From a virus (lineage: Duplodnaviria > Caudoviricetes): a DNA stretch of 64,000 nt. Below are positions 17,319 to 27,640 of the stretch, in pieces. Each line of letters starts with the position of its first letter. The stretch's first letter is position 1. The notes beneath the pieces are model-generated. The model was not told where the DNA came from, searched no databases, and saw nothing but the letters and a program-made list of their open reading frames with translations. The stretch is taken from IMG/VR virus record IMGVR_UViG_3300025389_001063, one strand, 5' to 3'. Both the position numbers and the translations under genes were made by a program.

Positions 17319-18215
17319 TCATTCTTTTCTTGCTTTTCTATCAAGGCCGTTTTTACAGATTTCTTTAGAACAAATAACAGGATCTTTAGGCCACTCAATA
17401 GGCATATTATAAATGTTACCTATTACTCCTCCTTCATGACACCACCCTCTAGAAACATTTCCTCTGGGATCAATTACTAAAGTATCAATTCCTGCATAAC
17501 AGGTCATATTAGTATAAGAAGATTGTTCTGATGTTTTAATAACTATACCAGTTGGATCAATTGATATATCCTCATTGAATGAATTTTCGATTGATTCTTT
17601 CATTTTATTAAATTTATACCATTGTCGATGAGTGTAGGGGAGATATGTATTATTTCCTTTTCCAAAATCACTGTAAAGAAGTTGTAAATTACCTAAACCG
17701 TATTTTCTTCTAAAATATTTTACATACTTAATACCTCTATCAAAAACTTCATCGTGATTTGTAACTGGAAATAAAATTTCCATTTCTACAGGATGATATT
17801 TGTCATTCTCTCTTAATAAAGAAATAACATTTTCTATATGAGATATATCACAAAATTCTTGATGAACAGAAATAATTACTTTTGATAAAAATTGTCGAGA
17901 TTTCTTCCACCAATCTAAACTTGCACTTCCATTTGTTCTAAGAATTAAATTTGTGGGATAGTTGTGTAGACGATTTCCTATATTGGGAATTTTTTCATAA
18001 AGAGTAGGTTCACCACCTATAAATTCAAATATCACATCTCTTCCTAGAGAATCATAATGTGCAAAAATATCTGTACAAACATTAATGATAGTTTCGTCAT
18101 TAGGATAAGGATTATCTCCTCTTTTGAGAAGATCTAAGCAGTAACTACAATTGTAATTACAACTATTACTTAAAACCCATTCTACTATAGTCTTAGGTCG
18201 TTCAAAGTCATCCAT
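17319..18215 (-). CDS. Radical SAM protein with a C-terminal SPASM/Twitch-like domain
   Basis: CNYNCSYC, GGEP, TNG, CYAG...WC and C-terminal C...C motifs. Confidence 0.85.
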   Translation of the reverse strand: MDDFERPKTIVEWVLSNSCNYNCSYCLDLLKRGDNPYPNDETIINVCTDIFAHYDSLGRDVIFEFIGGEPTLYEKIPNIGNRLHNYPTNLILRTNGSASLDWWKKSRQFLSKVIISVHQEFCDISHIENVISLLRENDKYHPVEMEILFPVTNHDEVFDRGIKYVKYFRRKYGLGNLQLLYSDFGKGNNTYLPYTHRQWYKFNKMKESIENSFNEDISIDPTGIVIKTSEQSSYTNMTCYAGIDTLVIDPRGNVSRGWCHEGGVIGNIYNMPIEWPKDPVICSKEICKNGLDRKARKE

Positions 18216-18720
18216 CTAAATAATTTAGCCAACTTTCGTGAGGAACTTGCCATTCCTTCTTTTTACGATTGTTAGCCAGCATCCAGTAATTTGGCATTTC
18301 TGGATCTATCTTTGGACGAATTTTAGCATTATTGCCTTTGCTATTATTACAAGGATAACATGCTGTAACAACATTATGCCAAGTTGTTTTACCACCCTTA
18401 GATACAGGAACAACGTGGTCAATTGTACATTGTTTAACTGTTAAATTGTCTCCACAATATTGACAAGTGTAGTTGTCGCGTAGAAAAACCCATCTACGAT
18501 TAAATCTTACACGGGACTTTGGTTGCCAATATTCATTGAGCATAATAACTGCGGGTACTTTAATAGTATGATTGGGAGAATGTATCTCCCAATTATCATA
18601 TTCGTGTAGTACCTTAACTTTATCTAACCAAATATATCGTATTGCACTTTGCCAATCTATTGCCGACAATGGAACTAAATTCATAGGTTGTGCGTCAGCA
18701 TTTAACAATAATGTATTCAC
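18208..18720 (-). CDS. HNH endonuclease (McrA-like, LLLNAD N-terminus)
   Basis: VFLRDNYTCQYCG, TIDHVVPVSKGG and NVVTACYPCNNSKG motifs. Confidence 0.85.
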   Translation of the reverse strand: MNTLLLNADAQPMNLVPLSAIDWQSAIRYIWLDKVKVLHEYDNWEIHSPNHTIKVPAVIMLNEYWQPKSRVRFNRRWVFLRDNYTCQYCGDNLTVKQCTIDHVVPVSKGGKTTWHNVVTACYPCNNSKGNNAKIRPKIDPEMPNYWMLANNRKKKEWQVPHESWLNYLDG

Positions 18721-18765
18721 ATCAAACCTCTATACTAAATAGTATGTCAACCATAGGAGACTCTG

Positions 18766-19437
18766 GTGTATTTACAGAACAAATATACCACTTGGTATTA
18801 TTTAATAATAGCACAGGCCCAGAAAAGAATCAACCTGCCTATTTTCGTTGAGAAACATCATATCATTCCAAAATCATTAGGTGGTAATAATAGTGATGAC
18901 AATTTGGTTAGATTAACACCGAGAGAGCACTTTGTTTGTCATCTTCTCTTAACGAAAATGGTTACAGGTGATGCCCAAAGAAAAATGTGGTTTGCTTCTT
19001 ATTTAATGATGCGAGGAACAAAAAGATATAAACCTTCTGGAAGATTATATGAGATTCTTAAACAGAAAATGATACAATCACTTAAAGAAAGACCTGGACC
19101 AAATTTAGGAAAAAAACTTTCTGAAGAACATAAGAAGAAACTTAGTTTAGCACAAAAGGGAATTCCTAAAGGACCAATGTCTGAAGAGCATAGAGAGAAA
19201 CTAAGAAAACCTAAAACAGAAGAGCATAAGAAGAAACTATCAGAAGTAAGATTAGGTAAATCTTGGGGACATAAACATTCGGAAGAAACTAAACAAAAAA
19301 TGTCTAATTGGCAAAGGGGTATTCCTAAACCTAAAGTAACATGTGAGCATTGTGGGAAAGAATTGTCACTAATGAATTATAAAAAATGGCATGGAGATAA
19401 ATGTGTCAACTGCGGCGGTAAGAGTCATGTAAAATGA
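18766..19437 (+). mobile_element. MobE-like HNH/NUMOD3 homing endonuclease
   Basis: EKHHIIPKSLGGNNSDDNLVRLTPREHFVCHLLL, several SEEHKKKLS repeats and a C-terminal CxxC. Confidence 0.85.
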
Positions 19438-19927
19438 TCATGCCTTCGGGCAATTGTCTTCGGGCTGTGTAGGATCCATTTTCTGCTAGCCAAATTATTT
19501 CTGAAAGTTGTTTAGGACGAGAATTTAATGCTTCTTCTACAAAGTCTCGGAGAAATTCAAAAGTATCTCCGATTCTTCTAAAAAGATTATCATTAATCGC
19601 ATCGCTATAATCATAATAACTGTGACTTCCCATAGAAGTATAATATCTTAAACTAATACCTTTTCTACGAGCATACATTGGACAAAAACTTGTGAGGAAT
19701 AAGCAATCCTCAGCAAGCCATCTTGAACGGTGAACAGATTCACCTGTTTTCTTTATTTCGTCTAAAGTAAGGATAAATGATTTTTCTGGAGGAAAGCCCT
19801 TTTTCTCCACATAGTCTGCTAAAAAGTAAACCAAGTATGCTTCTATGTCGCCTTCGAGTTCATACCCATGTTTTTCACTGGTATATTTTACAACATCATA
19901 GAAGGCCGAAACATAGGCTCTTTCCAT
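19406..19927 (-). CDS. Hypothetical protein
   Basis: Start moved to ATG 19927, 4 nt after TAAATA. Confidence 0.6.
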   Translation of the reverse strand: MERAYVSAFYDVVKYTSEKHGYELEGDIEAYLVYFLADYVEKKGFPPEKSFILTLDEIKKTGESVHRSRWLAEDCLFLTSFCPMYARRKGISLRYYTSMGSHSYYDYSDAINDNLFRRIGDTFEFLRDFVEEALNSRPKQLSEIIWLAENGSYTARRQLPEGMIILHDSYRRS

Positions 19928-19940
19928 ATTGTATTTAATA

Positions 19941-19967
19941 GAAAAGCCAGAACAAGTCTGGCTTTTC
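19941..19967 (-). terminator. Intrinsic terminator-like hairpin
   Basis: GAAAAGCCAG / CTGGCTTTTC 10-bp inverted repeat downstream of 20024-20302. Confidence 0.6.
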
Positions 19968-20023
19968 ACTGGTTTTCTAAAAATTATTTGCGCTATGCGC
20001 TTCAATATAATTGTTTGATAAAT

Positions 20024-20302
20024 TTACTTTTTCATGTTCACAAAATCGTAGAACATTTGTGCTGTTTTAAGGATTTGATCGGCTCCTGGAATCTGTGGAG
20101 CTTCAACAGTAGTAACGACTTGGTCGCCATCTTTCTTAACAGTTAATTCAAACTGTCCCCACTTAGCCTGGTAGTCATTCCAGAGCTGAGTCTGTGCCAT
20201 TTCTAATAGTTGAGTTCTTATCTCGTAGCCATTTTTCGAAAATTTAACTTCTGGGATATACTTGTTCATCTCTGTGGTCTTTTCTTCGGTATATTTAAAC
20301 AT
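20024..20302 (-). CDS. Conserved large-phage hypothetical protein
   Basis: SKNGYEIRTQLLEMAQ motif and AGGAG SD. Confidence 0.7.
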   Translation of the reverse strand: MFKYTEEKTTEMNKYIPEVKFSKNGYEIRTQLLEMAQTQLWNDYQAKWGQFELTVKKDGDQVVTTVEAPQIPGADQILKTAQMFYDFVNMKK

Positions 20303-20349
20303 TTTGTTTTCTCCTGTGTGTGTATGATGTTTATTTATAACAGATAAAA

Positions 20350-20940
20350 CTATGCTTGTAAATCTTTTTTTCTATTCTTTGCTGCCAAACTTAATTTTTC
20401 TCGGTGTTCATCACTAAAAGTTATTCCTTTTCTTGATTCTGATATTTTCTTCTTTGTTTCTTCAGACCTTTTACTTCCTTTAACTGCTCCGCCTACTATA
20501 TTAGTCTTAGATGCTAGACTCATTTTCTGCTTTGTTTCTTTTGATACTATTTTTCCTTTATGGGCTCTACTTATAGCCTCTCTATGTTGATCAGTTCTTC
20601 CAATAAGTTTATGTGCTTCAGAAAGTTGTATTCGTAGAATTTCAAACATTCTTGAGCACGGAACATATCTATCCATTGATTTAGTTTTTCTGTTCATCAT
20701 AGAATTTAAGGCAAATATCATCTTACTTTTATTTTTATCAGATGTTATTCTAACTAATAACAAATGGCATATAAAGTGTTCTCTTGCGGTTAAGACAGCA
20801 AGATTATCTGCGTCATTTGTTCCGCCTAATGATCTTGGAATGATATGATGTTTTTCTTTATACCCTTCTAACTTTCGGGTCTTTGCTCTATTACAAATGT
20901 CTTGATAAATTTTGAGATATTTGTTATCAATAAATATCAT
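20350..20940 (-). mobile_element. MobE-like HNH/NUMOD3 homing endonuclease
   Basis: EKHHIIPRSLGGTNDADNLAVLTAREHFICHLLL and SEETKKKIS repeats. Confidence 0.85.
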
Positions 20941-21008
20941 TGCTGTTGCCCCTTGTAAGCAATAGAGTAGTTGGGAATTGGCGTTCCGTGAACTACACTC
21001 ATATTTAT
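20941..21008 (-). repeat. Endonuclease leader element, copy B
   Basis: Minus strand reads TATAAATA-TGAGTGTAGTTCACGGAA-CGCCAA-TTCCCAACTACTCT...AGGGGCAACAGCA-ATG. The 6-nt loop is the reverse complement of copy A. Confidence 0.85.
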
Positions 21009-21063
21009 ACCAGAGGAGTAATAGCTTTAGTTTTCTTTCGGATCAGTATATGTTAAATACTTA

Positions 21064-21360
21064 ATGAAAAGACAAACAAGATCAATACTACAGGAACTAA
21101 ACTCTTATGCTACTAAAAAAGATGTCGAGTTAATTGTAGAAAGCAGAGCATTACATGTTATCAATGGTGCTATTAATATCCTAGATATGGTTAGAGAAAA
21201 CTTTCCAGAAGAAGTTGCTCTTGATCTTGAACGCCGCTTAATCAATAGTATACGCGGCAGTGATCCTGATAAATTCCGTCGAGGTATTCGTAAAATACAA
21301 GAATCAAAGAGAGCAGGAACACGCCTTGCTCGACTAGATGACCCCAATTCTGACTCTTAA
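21064..21360 (+). CDS. Conserved late hypothetical protein
   Basis: TAAATA lies 4 nt before the ATG. RSILQEL...RRLINSIRGSDPDKFRRGI. Confidence 0.7.
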   Translation: MKRQTRSILQELNSYATKKDVELIVESRALHVINGAINILDMVRENFPEEVALDLERRLINSIRGSDPDKFRRGIRKIQESKRAGTRLARLDDPNSDS

Positions 21361-21437
21361 CAATTGAATATTTTTTCAAATGATAAATAATTGTAACGAG
21401 GTCTAGATAGTCCTCGACATTTTTTAGGAGAAATAAT

Positions 21438-21953
21438 ATGGCCGATCTATACGGTACAACAGTTGCAGCTAATGCTGCTAAGATTACAACAGGCGTTACA
21501 GTAACAGGTCCTGCTCTTTATATGTACGAAGTAGACTTCAAAATTGCAGTCAATCAGGCTGACGGTTCACGTGAAGTAACTTGGTTACTTTACAACATCA
21601 GTGAGCAACTTGGATATACTCCAGTTGTACTCGGAACACTTGGTGCAGTTGCTTACAATCAAAGCGGTGGTGCTGGTACTGCAAATGGTACAATCCGTTT
21701 TGCTATCGAAGCAAAAGGTTCAGAAGTTCTTTCAGTAGACTCTGCTACTAATCACAGTTATGTATGGTCAGGTGCAACAACTGAGCCAACTGTAAATTAC
21801 TTATTACCAAATGGTACTGCTGGTTCAGCAGTTTTCTCAACTGCTCTTCAGACATACCTAAGAACTTTTACTGCTTGGGCTTACACTGATGATTCAGGTG
21901 CAGCACAGACAGCTAATCTTTCAAGTGCAACTGTTACAGCATTCACTTTCTAA
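21438..21953 (+). CDS. Probable abundant virion structural protein
   Basis: Late promoter, strong AGGAG SD, Ala/Thr/Gly-rich beta-type composition, C-terminal F, and its own terminator. Confidence 0.6.
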   Translation: MADLYGTTVAANAAKITTGVTVTGPALYMYEVDFKIAVNQADGSREVTWLLYNISEQLGYTPVVLGTLGAVAYNQSGGAGTANGTIRFAIEAKGSEVLSVDSATNHSYVWSGATTEPTVNYLLPNGTAGSAVFSTALQTYLRTFTAWAYTDDSGAAQTANLSSATVTAFTF

Positions 21954-21975
21954 TTAAAAGAGAATATTAATTAAG

Positions 21976-22003
21976 AAGGGTGGTTTTTATACCACCCTTT
22001 TTT
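21976..22003 (+). terminator. Intrinsic terminator
   Basis: AAGGGTGGT / ACCACCCTT stem followed by a T-run. Confidence 0.8.
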
Positions 22004-22021
22004 ATTGACATAATTATAATA

Positions 22022-22402
22022 ATGCAACGGTTTCGAATTACTACTCTTGTTGATATCACACGAACATTAGTATTCAATGAATATTTAGACCCACTAAAGA
22101 AAAAACAACAAGATAACTTTAATACTCTTCATCAAACACTTGAAATGAGAGCAAATATTTTTACGGAGAAAAATCCTGAAAGAAAGATAATTAATTGGAA
22201 TGGTAAAAAACAATTAACTTGGGTGTGGGAATTTTATATTGAACGTGATGATATTTTTTTAAAAGATAATGATCCTGCTGGATTGATGAAACAAGACATA
22301 GAATATGTACCTTTTATAAATGATTGTGAAGAAACTGCGAAATTTAAAAATTGTTTTTTCTCAATTAATAAAAATATTAGGGTTGAATTTATTAGTACTT
22401 AA
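22022..22402 (+). CDS. Hypothetical protein
   Basis: RITTLVDITRT motif; start moved to ATG 22022. Confidence 0.65.
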   Translation: MQRFRITTLVDITRTLVFNEYLDPLKKKQQDNFNTLHQTLEMRANIFTEKNPERKIINWNGKKQLTWVWEFYIERDDIFLKDNDPAGLMKQDIEYVPFINDCEETAKFKNCFFSINKNIRVEFIST

Positions 22403-22524
22403 CTTATAGTCAACCTACCACTAAATATTGTTGTAAGAAGGCAAACACCAGGCATATATATTCCGAGGCCCATTAAGGCAGCAACACGAGAATCGTTGCT
22501 CGAGAAAGAAAAGGAATTAAGCCG

Positions 22525-22761
22525 ATGGCACCTAGACCAGCTGCTCAAATTGAAAAAGAATCCTTAGAAGCTCATGTTGAGTTATGTCAACAGAGATATG
22601 AAACCTTGGAAAACAGACTTTCGATCATCGAAAGAAAGGTAGACGAGATCAGTAAAGATATTACTGACGGAAATCAAACAATGGTTAAGGTTCTTATTGG
22701 ATCAGCAGGAACTATTGTAGCAGGATTATTATCAACCATAGTCGTATTATTAATGAAGTAA
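22525..22761 (+). CDS. Coiled-coil protein with a C-terminal membrane anchor
   Basis: SLEAHVELCQQRY heptads and a hydrophobic C-terminus. Confidence 0.65.
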   Translation: MAPRPAAQIEKESLEAHVELCQQRYETLENRLSIIERKVDEISKDITDGNQTMVKVLIGSAGTIVAGLLSTIVVLLMK

Positions 22762-22781
22762 CATATACTAAATATGTTACT

Positions 22782-23231
22782 ATGAGATTTAGAGAATTTA
22801 AACCCCAACAGCAAATAGACGAATTAATGCCAGCTATCGGTCAAGCACTAAAAGGTGTTGGTGGAGCAGCTATTCAAGCAACCCGTAATGCTGCTACTAT
22901 GGGGGCAAAAGCAGTTACTGGTGCTGCCAAAGGTGTTAAAACTGTAGGATCTACTGCAAAAGCAGTTGCTCAATCTAATTTGGGAAAATCTAGTTCTAAT
23001 CCAATAACTATTCCAGCAGTTGGATCAGAGATTGTTCTTCCGGATAAAGATACTAAAAAACCTGCATCATATACTATTAAATCTATGAGAGGTAATGATG
23101 TTGAATTATCTCCAGTTACTAAAGCCTCTCAAAGTAATGATCCAAAACTATCTCTTAAAGTAAATCGTAGAGATTTAGAAAACACACTTAAGGCAGTAAG
23201 CCCAGAAACACAAGGTAAGACAACATTATGA
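22782..23231 (+). CDS. Late hypothetical protein (MRFREF N-terminus)
   Basis: TAAATA lies 7 nt before the ATG. Confidence 0.65.
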   Translation: MRFREFKPQQQIDELMPAIGQALKGVGGAAIQATRNAATMGAKAVTGAAKGVKTVGSTAKAVAQSNLGKSSSNPITIPAVGSEIVLPDKDTKKPASYTIKSMRGNDVELSPVTKASQSNDPKLSLKVNRRDLENTLKAVSPETQGKTTL

Positions 23232-23461
23232 GAATTAGAGAGCTAGTTAATCCAAACTTATTAATTGCTCTCACAAATGAGGAAGCAGCCTTCCTTCGCA
23301 AGAATAAAGGTCAAGAAAGAATTAACCTCCATTCACTATCTGAACGCGAAATACGAGTCGCAGAAAACTTGATTATTAAAGACGTTTTATGTAAACTAAC
23401 TGATACTCAACTAATGGTGAATGATTATGTCGGATCTAAAACACAAAGAAATAGCCAGTAA
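23228..23461 (+). CDS. Hypothetical protein (MRIREL N-terminus)
   Basis: Coupled ORF. Confidence 0.6.
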   Translation: MRIRELVNPNLLIALTNEEAAFLRKNKGQERINLHSLSEREIRVAENLIIKDVLCKLTDTQLMVNDYVGSKTQRNSQ

Positions 23462-23870
23462 GTTAGAAAGCATAAGCGAAGATGTTATTCGCAGCGGAGC
23501 AATACCTATTGTTACCAAGAATGGCATATTAATCGGCACATATATGATCCAGCCTAAAAATGGACAATTTTACATAAAGAATGGTTCTCAAGTATTACAT
23601 GTTACATATTCAAAAAGTGCGGCTATGATAGTTGCTCGTATGCTTCTTAAAAGAATTAATGGTGATCGAGTTAAAGAAGTATTAGATGCAGATCGTATTG
23701 CTTTTAGCTGTCGTAATGATTTAGAATTTTATAAGCATCAGATAAAAGTTGCTGAAAAGAAGAATAACTTCCTCAAAGAAGAACTATATACAACAAGATT
23801 TGAGGTTACTGATGCAAAGTATCAGTATGCTAAAGATATACTACAGAAAAGTTATTCTTTGTTATTCTAA
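23421..23870 (+). CDS. Hypothetical protein
   Basis: ORF in a late gene cluster. Confidence 0.6.
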   Translation: MIMSDLKHKEIASKLESISEDVIRSGAIPIVTKNGILIGTYMIQPKNGQFYIKNGSQVLHVTYSKSAAMIVARMLLKRINGDRVKEVLDADRIAFSCRNDLEFYKHQIKVAEKKNNFLKEELYTTRFEVTDAKYQYAKDILQKSYSLLF

Positions 23871-23911
23871 ACGAGTGATAAATAATATAACATCCAAAAC
23901 AGGAAAACAAC

Positions 23912-24919
23912 ATGAGAACCAGTGACTTTACAACTAAACCAAGTTCAAAAGTAATGAACGAGACCCTTAGCAAGAAGTTTGGCGAGAAGCTAGACCTTGA
24001 GAATTACAGCGACGAACAACTCAATAAGGCTGCTGGCTTAATTGAAAGCAGAATTGCTGTTCTTAAAAAGGGCAGGTTTAATGAGACACTGGAAAGTGAA
24101 GAGTTCTATCGTTTAAAACTTATGCACGATATTGTTAGAACTGCTATCACTGAAAGAGCAAAGAATCCATATGCGATTGGAATGGCTGCTGCTAAAAAAC
24201 AAGCAGGTATTACAGCAAAACATGCACACGATCTTCCAAAGAAGGTTGTAAAGAAAGGCCATGAGATTGCTAAGAAAATTAAAGAAGAAAAGAAAGTCGA
24301 TGAAGAGCCAAATGAAGGAAATGCATTTGGTAAAGCTGTAAGAGATGCTAAAAAAGATGGCATTCAAAAGGGTGAAAAGATTAAAGTTGGCAGTAAGACT
24401 TATCCAGTTAAAGAAACATCTAAAAAGAAGAACACAATGAAAGAATCATACGATCGTTATATTGCAGAAGGTGAAGAAGGTAAGGCTGAGATTATCATGG
24501 CTGTTAAGGACATGGTTGACAAGTTTACTACTTGGTCAGAGAATATTGCTCAGATGCAGGCACAGACTGCTATGGAAATGGCTGACAGCATTCGTAACGA
24601 GATGGGTAATGATCAAGCAGAACAATTTATTTCTTCAGTTCAACCTGCACTAGACGCTGCATTCCAGGCAGTTAAATCAGCACGTGAAGCACTTAATAAT
24701 ACTGTTGGAACACTAACAGGTGAGGCTCCTGCTCCAATGGGTGCTGAACCAGGAATGGGCAGTGACGATATGGATACAAGCGTAGGACCAGACATAGATA
24801 TAGATGCAGAAGTTCCAGGAGATGATGCAGAAGTTGATGTTGCTGCTCCAGTAGATCGTATGAAGCGTGAAAGTATTGAGAGTCGTCTACGTCTTGCAAA
24901 AATTTTGGTTGGAAAATGA
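23912..24919 (+). CDS. Probable prohead core/scaffold-like protein
   Basis: Late promoter, charged coiled-coil, acidic Pro-rich tail, and repeated (L/I)xE potential protease sites. Confidence 0.5.
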   Translation: MRTSDFTTKPSSKVMNETLSKKFGEKLDLENYSDEQLNKAAGLIESRIAVLKKGRFNETLESEEFYRLKLMHDIVRTAITERAKNPYAIGMAAAKKQAGITAKHAHDLPKKVVKKGHEIAKKIKEEKKVDEEPNEGNAFGKAVRDAKKDGIQKGEKIKVGSKTYPVKETSKKKNTMKESYDRYIAEGEEGKAEIIMAVKDMVDKFTTWSENIAQMQAQTAMEMADSIRNEMGNDQAEQFISSVQPALDAAFQAVKSAREALNNTVGTLTGEAPAPMGAEPGMGSDDMDTSVGPDIDIDAEVPGDDAEVDVAAPVDRMKRESIESRLRLAKILVGK

Positions 24920-25251
24920 AATTAAATGAACTCGATAGCACAAGCGATAATCTTGTGCTATTAATGAGAAACTTAGTATCACAAGCAAATAGTAAACAAC
25001 AGCCCAGTTATCTATCCTGGGCTGCTCTTAATTCATTACTACAAAATGTAGGTGATGAACAATTTGATTACGACAGTTTTAAACAAGTTTACGATACTAA
25101 TCCTATGTTAAAAAAATTAGTTTATAAGTTTGACGGTCGTGGTGTTGAACTTAAAACATATGGAACTGATCCTAAAAAATCAAAAGGTGGCGAAAAAGAA
25201 ACTAGCATTTCTAAAATGGCTAAAAGTGCTGCTAAACGTCGTTTAGGTTGA
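24916..25251 (+). CDS. Hypothetical protein (MKLNEL N-terminus)
   Basis: Coupled ORF ending in basic MAKSAAKRRLG. Confidence 0.6.
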   Translation: MKLNELDSTSDNLVLLMRNLVSQANSKQQPSYLSWAALNSLLQNVGDEQFDYDSFKQVYDTNPMLKKLVYKFDGRGVELKTYGTDPKKSKGGEKETSISKMAKSAAKRRLG

Positions 25252-25283
25252 TAATTTGCAAACTAGAAGTTAAAATGTAAACA

Positions 25284-25961
25284 ATGACATTATTACAACC
25301 AAAGTTTGATTATGCTCCAATTAATCGTAAATCAGAAGATGGTAAAAGACTTTATCAATGCCCAGATGGAAACTCTGTTCCAAGCGTAACTACTATCCTT
25401 GATAAGACTAAAGACAAAACTCACCTAATCGAGTGGCGTAAACGTGTTGGCGAAAAGAAAGCACAAGAGATAGTAACTGAAGCAGCAGGTGTTGGTACTA
25501 GAATGCACACTTTCTTAGAAAAGTATATCGAAACAGCAGAGTGGCCAGATCCTGGAACTAATCCCTATTCTCAACAAGCATGGAAAATGGCTGAAAGAAT
25601 ACGTGACGAAGCTTTGATAGATATTGATCAAATATGGGGTAGTGAAGTTAATTTATATTTTCCTCAGATTTATGCAGGAACAACAGATCTGCTCGGAGTC
25701 TATAAGGGCAATGAAGCAATTATGGATTTTAAGCAAACTAATAAACCCAAGAAAGAAGAGTGGGTTGAAGATTATTATCTACAACTAGTAGCGTATGCTG
25801 AAGCACATAACGAAGTGTATGGAACTAAGATTAATCAAGGTCATGTTTTTATGTGTAGTCGTGAATTAGTATATCAGCAGTTTGATTTAACACCCGATAA
25901 GTACGATTACTGGCGAGATAAATGGTGGCGCCGGGTGGAGCAGTATTACTTGAGCAACTAA
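25284..25961 (+). CDS. PD-(D/E)XK exonuclease (phage Cas4-like/RecB family)
   Basis: PSVTTIL, GTRMH, YAGTTD, MDFKQT and QLVAYA motifs. Confidence 0.85.
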   Translation: MTLLQPKFDYAPINRKSEDGKRLYQCPDGNSVPSVTTILDKTKDKTHLIEWRKRVGEKKAQEIVTEAAGVGTRMHTFLEKYIETAEWPDPGTNPYSQQAWKMAERIRDEALIDIDQIWGSEVNLYFPQIYAGTTDLLGVYKGNEAIMDFKQTNKPKKEEWVEDYYLQLVAYAEAHNEVYGTKINQGHVFMCSRELVYQQFDLTPDKYDYWRDKWWRRVEQYYLSN

Positions 25962-25993
25962 ATATATATGAAACACTTTGTGGAGTAATATAG

Positions 25994-27640
25994 ATGGCAG
26001 TGGTCCAAATCTCGAGAATTCAGCAACGTAGAGGTAAAAAGAACTCATCTACAGGATTTCCTCAGTTAGCAAGCGGTGAAATAGGCTGGGCGATTGATAC
26101 ACAAGAACTTTATATAGGAAACGGTGCTGTATCTGAAGGTTCTCCATATGTTGGTAATACACAGATTTTGACAGAACATGTTAATATTCTAGATTTTATT
26201 GGATCATACCAATATCAAAGACATAATCCAATTATTCAAACAGGACCTGTCGCAACTAATCCTATACAAAGAACTCTACAAGAAAAATTAGATGATATAG
26301 TTAATGTTAGAGACTTTGGTGCAATCGGCGACGGTATCACTGACGATACTGCTGCTATTCAAAGAGCTATCGATCAATTATTTTTAAATGATTCAACTAA
26401 AAACAATGTAACTTCTAGATTTATTTTATACTTTGAACCAGGAATTTATATTATTTCAGATGAAATTAGAATTCCTCCTCATACATATCTTCAAGGATCA
26501 GGAATAAACTCTACAGTTATTGAACTTATAGATACATCTATGAGTAATTCTTTGATGCGCACAGTAGACAGTAATAGTATTCCTGGTACCTATACTCCCT
26601 TTGACAGTATGGGATATCCACAAAGACCTAGAAATATCGTCATACAAGATATGACTCTTAAAACTGATTTAGCAAATACTATTCTTCTTTTAGATAATGC
26701 AGATACTTGCTCCTTTAATAGAATTGCATTCATGGGAACATTTGTTAATGGACTTACTCCTACAGGTGATGATCTTGCAAATCAACCAGTAAGACAAACA
26801 GGTGTGTGGATGCGAAGTGCTAGTGGTATATTCCGTCCTGATAACGTAAATTTTACAGATTGTGTTTTTAATAAAACTGGGTTTGGGGTATTTTCTTTAG
26901 GAGATTCTAATAATATAGGATTCATCAAATGCCAATTCTATCAATTATTTGATGGTATTAATCTCGGAGGTGGGGTATTTGGATCTGTTAATCTTAAAGT
27001 AGATCTTTCTTATTTTGATCTTGTTGATCGTTATGGAATTTGGATTAAATTAGGATACGGAAATACTTCATCTAACAACAAATATATGCTTGTTGGTAAC
27101 GATAATCAAGATTATGCTAACGCATCTTACGCTATTTTAAGATTTGATCACGATAACAATCAAAGCTTAAACGATTATTTTGAAAGAAATACAAAGTTAA
27201 AAGATCAATCCACATTTGGACTAGTTCCATTTTATCCAAATGTTCAATCAGGTGGATTAATAGTTGATCCTACTAACTTTGTTAAAACATTAGAAGAAAC
27301 TCCTGTATTGGCAATTGAATTTTTTCGTTTTCCACTTATCTCTTCATCAAGATACATTATCGATTATGTGATAAACAAAAGAACTCTTGGTGGCGCTATA
27401 AGAACTGGTAGAATATACATAACTGTTAACATGAATACAGGAACTTGTGCAATAGATGACGAATTTGACTACATAGGTGATACAACTGTTGAGAATGTAG
27501 TTTTTTCAACAGCGTTAGAAGATTATAACGGAGATGGCACTAAAGAAACGTTAGTTTTAAAAATGTATAATCCATCTGGTAACGGAACGGGATATGTAAA
27601 TTATACATATCGTACAATGTCATATTTTAATAGTCCATGA
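25994..27640 (+). CDS. Virion (baseplate/tail) protein with a pectate-lyase-like beta-helix
   Basis: MAVVQISRIQQRRG N-terminus; VNVRDFGAIGDGITDDTAAIQRAI and YFEPGIY motifs. Confidence 0.7.
   Translation: MAVVQISRIQQRRGKKNSSTGFPQLASGEIGWAIDTQELYIGNGAVSEGSPYVGNTQILTEHVNILDFIGSYQYQRHNPIIQTGPVATNPIQRTLQEKLDDIVNVRDFGAIGDGITDDTAAIQRAIDQLFLNDSTKNNVTSRFILYFEPGIYIISDEIRIPPHTYLQGSGINSTVIELIDTSMSNSLMRTVDSNSIPGTYTPFDSMGYPQRPRNIVIQDMTLKTDLANTILLLDNADTCSFNRIAFMGTFVNGLTPTGDDLANQPVRQTGVWMRSASGIFRPDNVNFTDCVFNKTGFGVFSLGDSNNIGFIKCQFYQLFDGINLGGGVFGSVNLKVDLSYFDLVDRYGIWIKLGYGNTSSNNKYMLVGNDNQDYANASYAILRFDHDNNQSLNDYFERNTKLKDQSTFGLVPFYPNVQSGGLIVDPTNFVKTLEETPVLAIEFFRFPLISSSRYIIDYVINKRTLGGAIRTGRIYITVNMNTGTCAIDDEFDYIGDTTVENVVFSTALEDYNGDGTKETLVLKMYNPSGNGTGYVNYTYRTMSYFNSP

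Noticed and set aside
22430-22525. GC-enriched leader with a GCAAC-ACGA/TCGT-TGC hairpin before 22525
   Set aside because: Only one convincing hairpin; too little to call a regulatory RNA.
25284-25961. Cas4 as part of a CRISPR-Cas locus
   Set aside because: No cas genes or array nearby; solo Cas4-like exonucleases are common in large phages.
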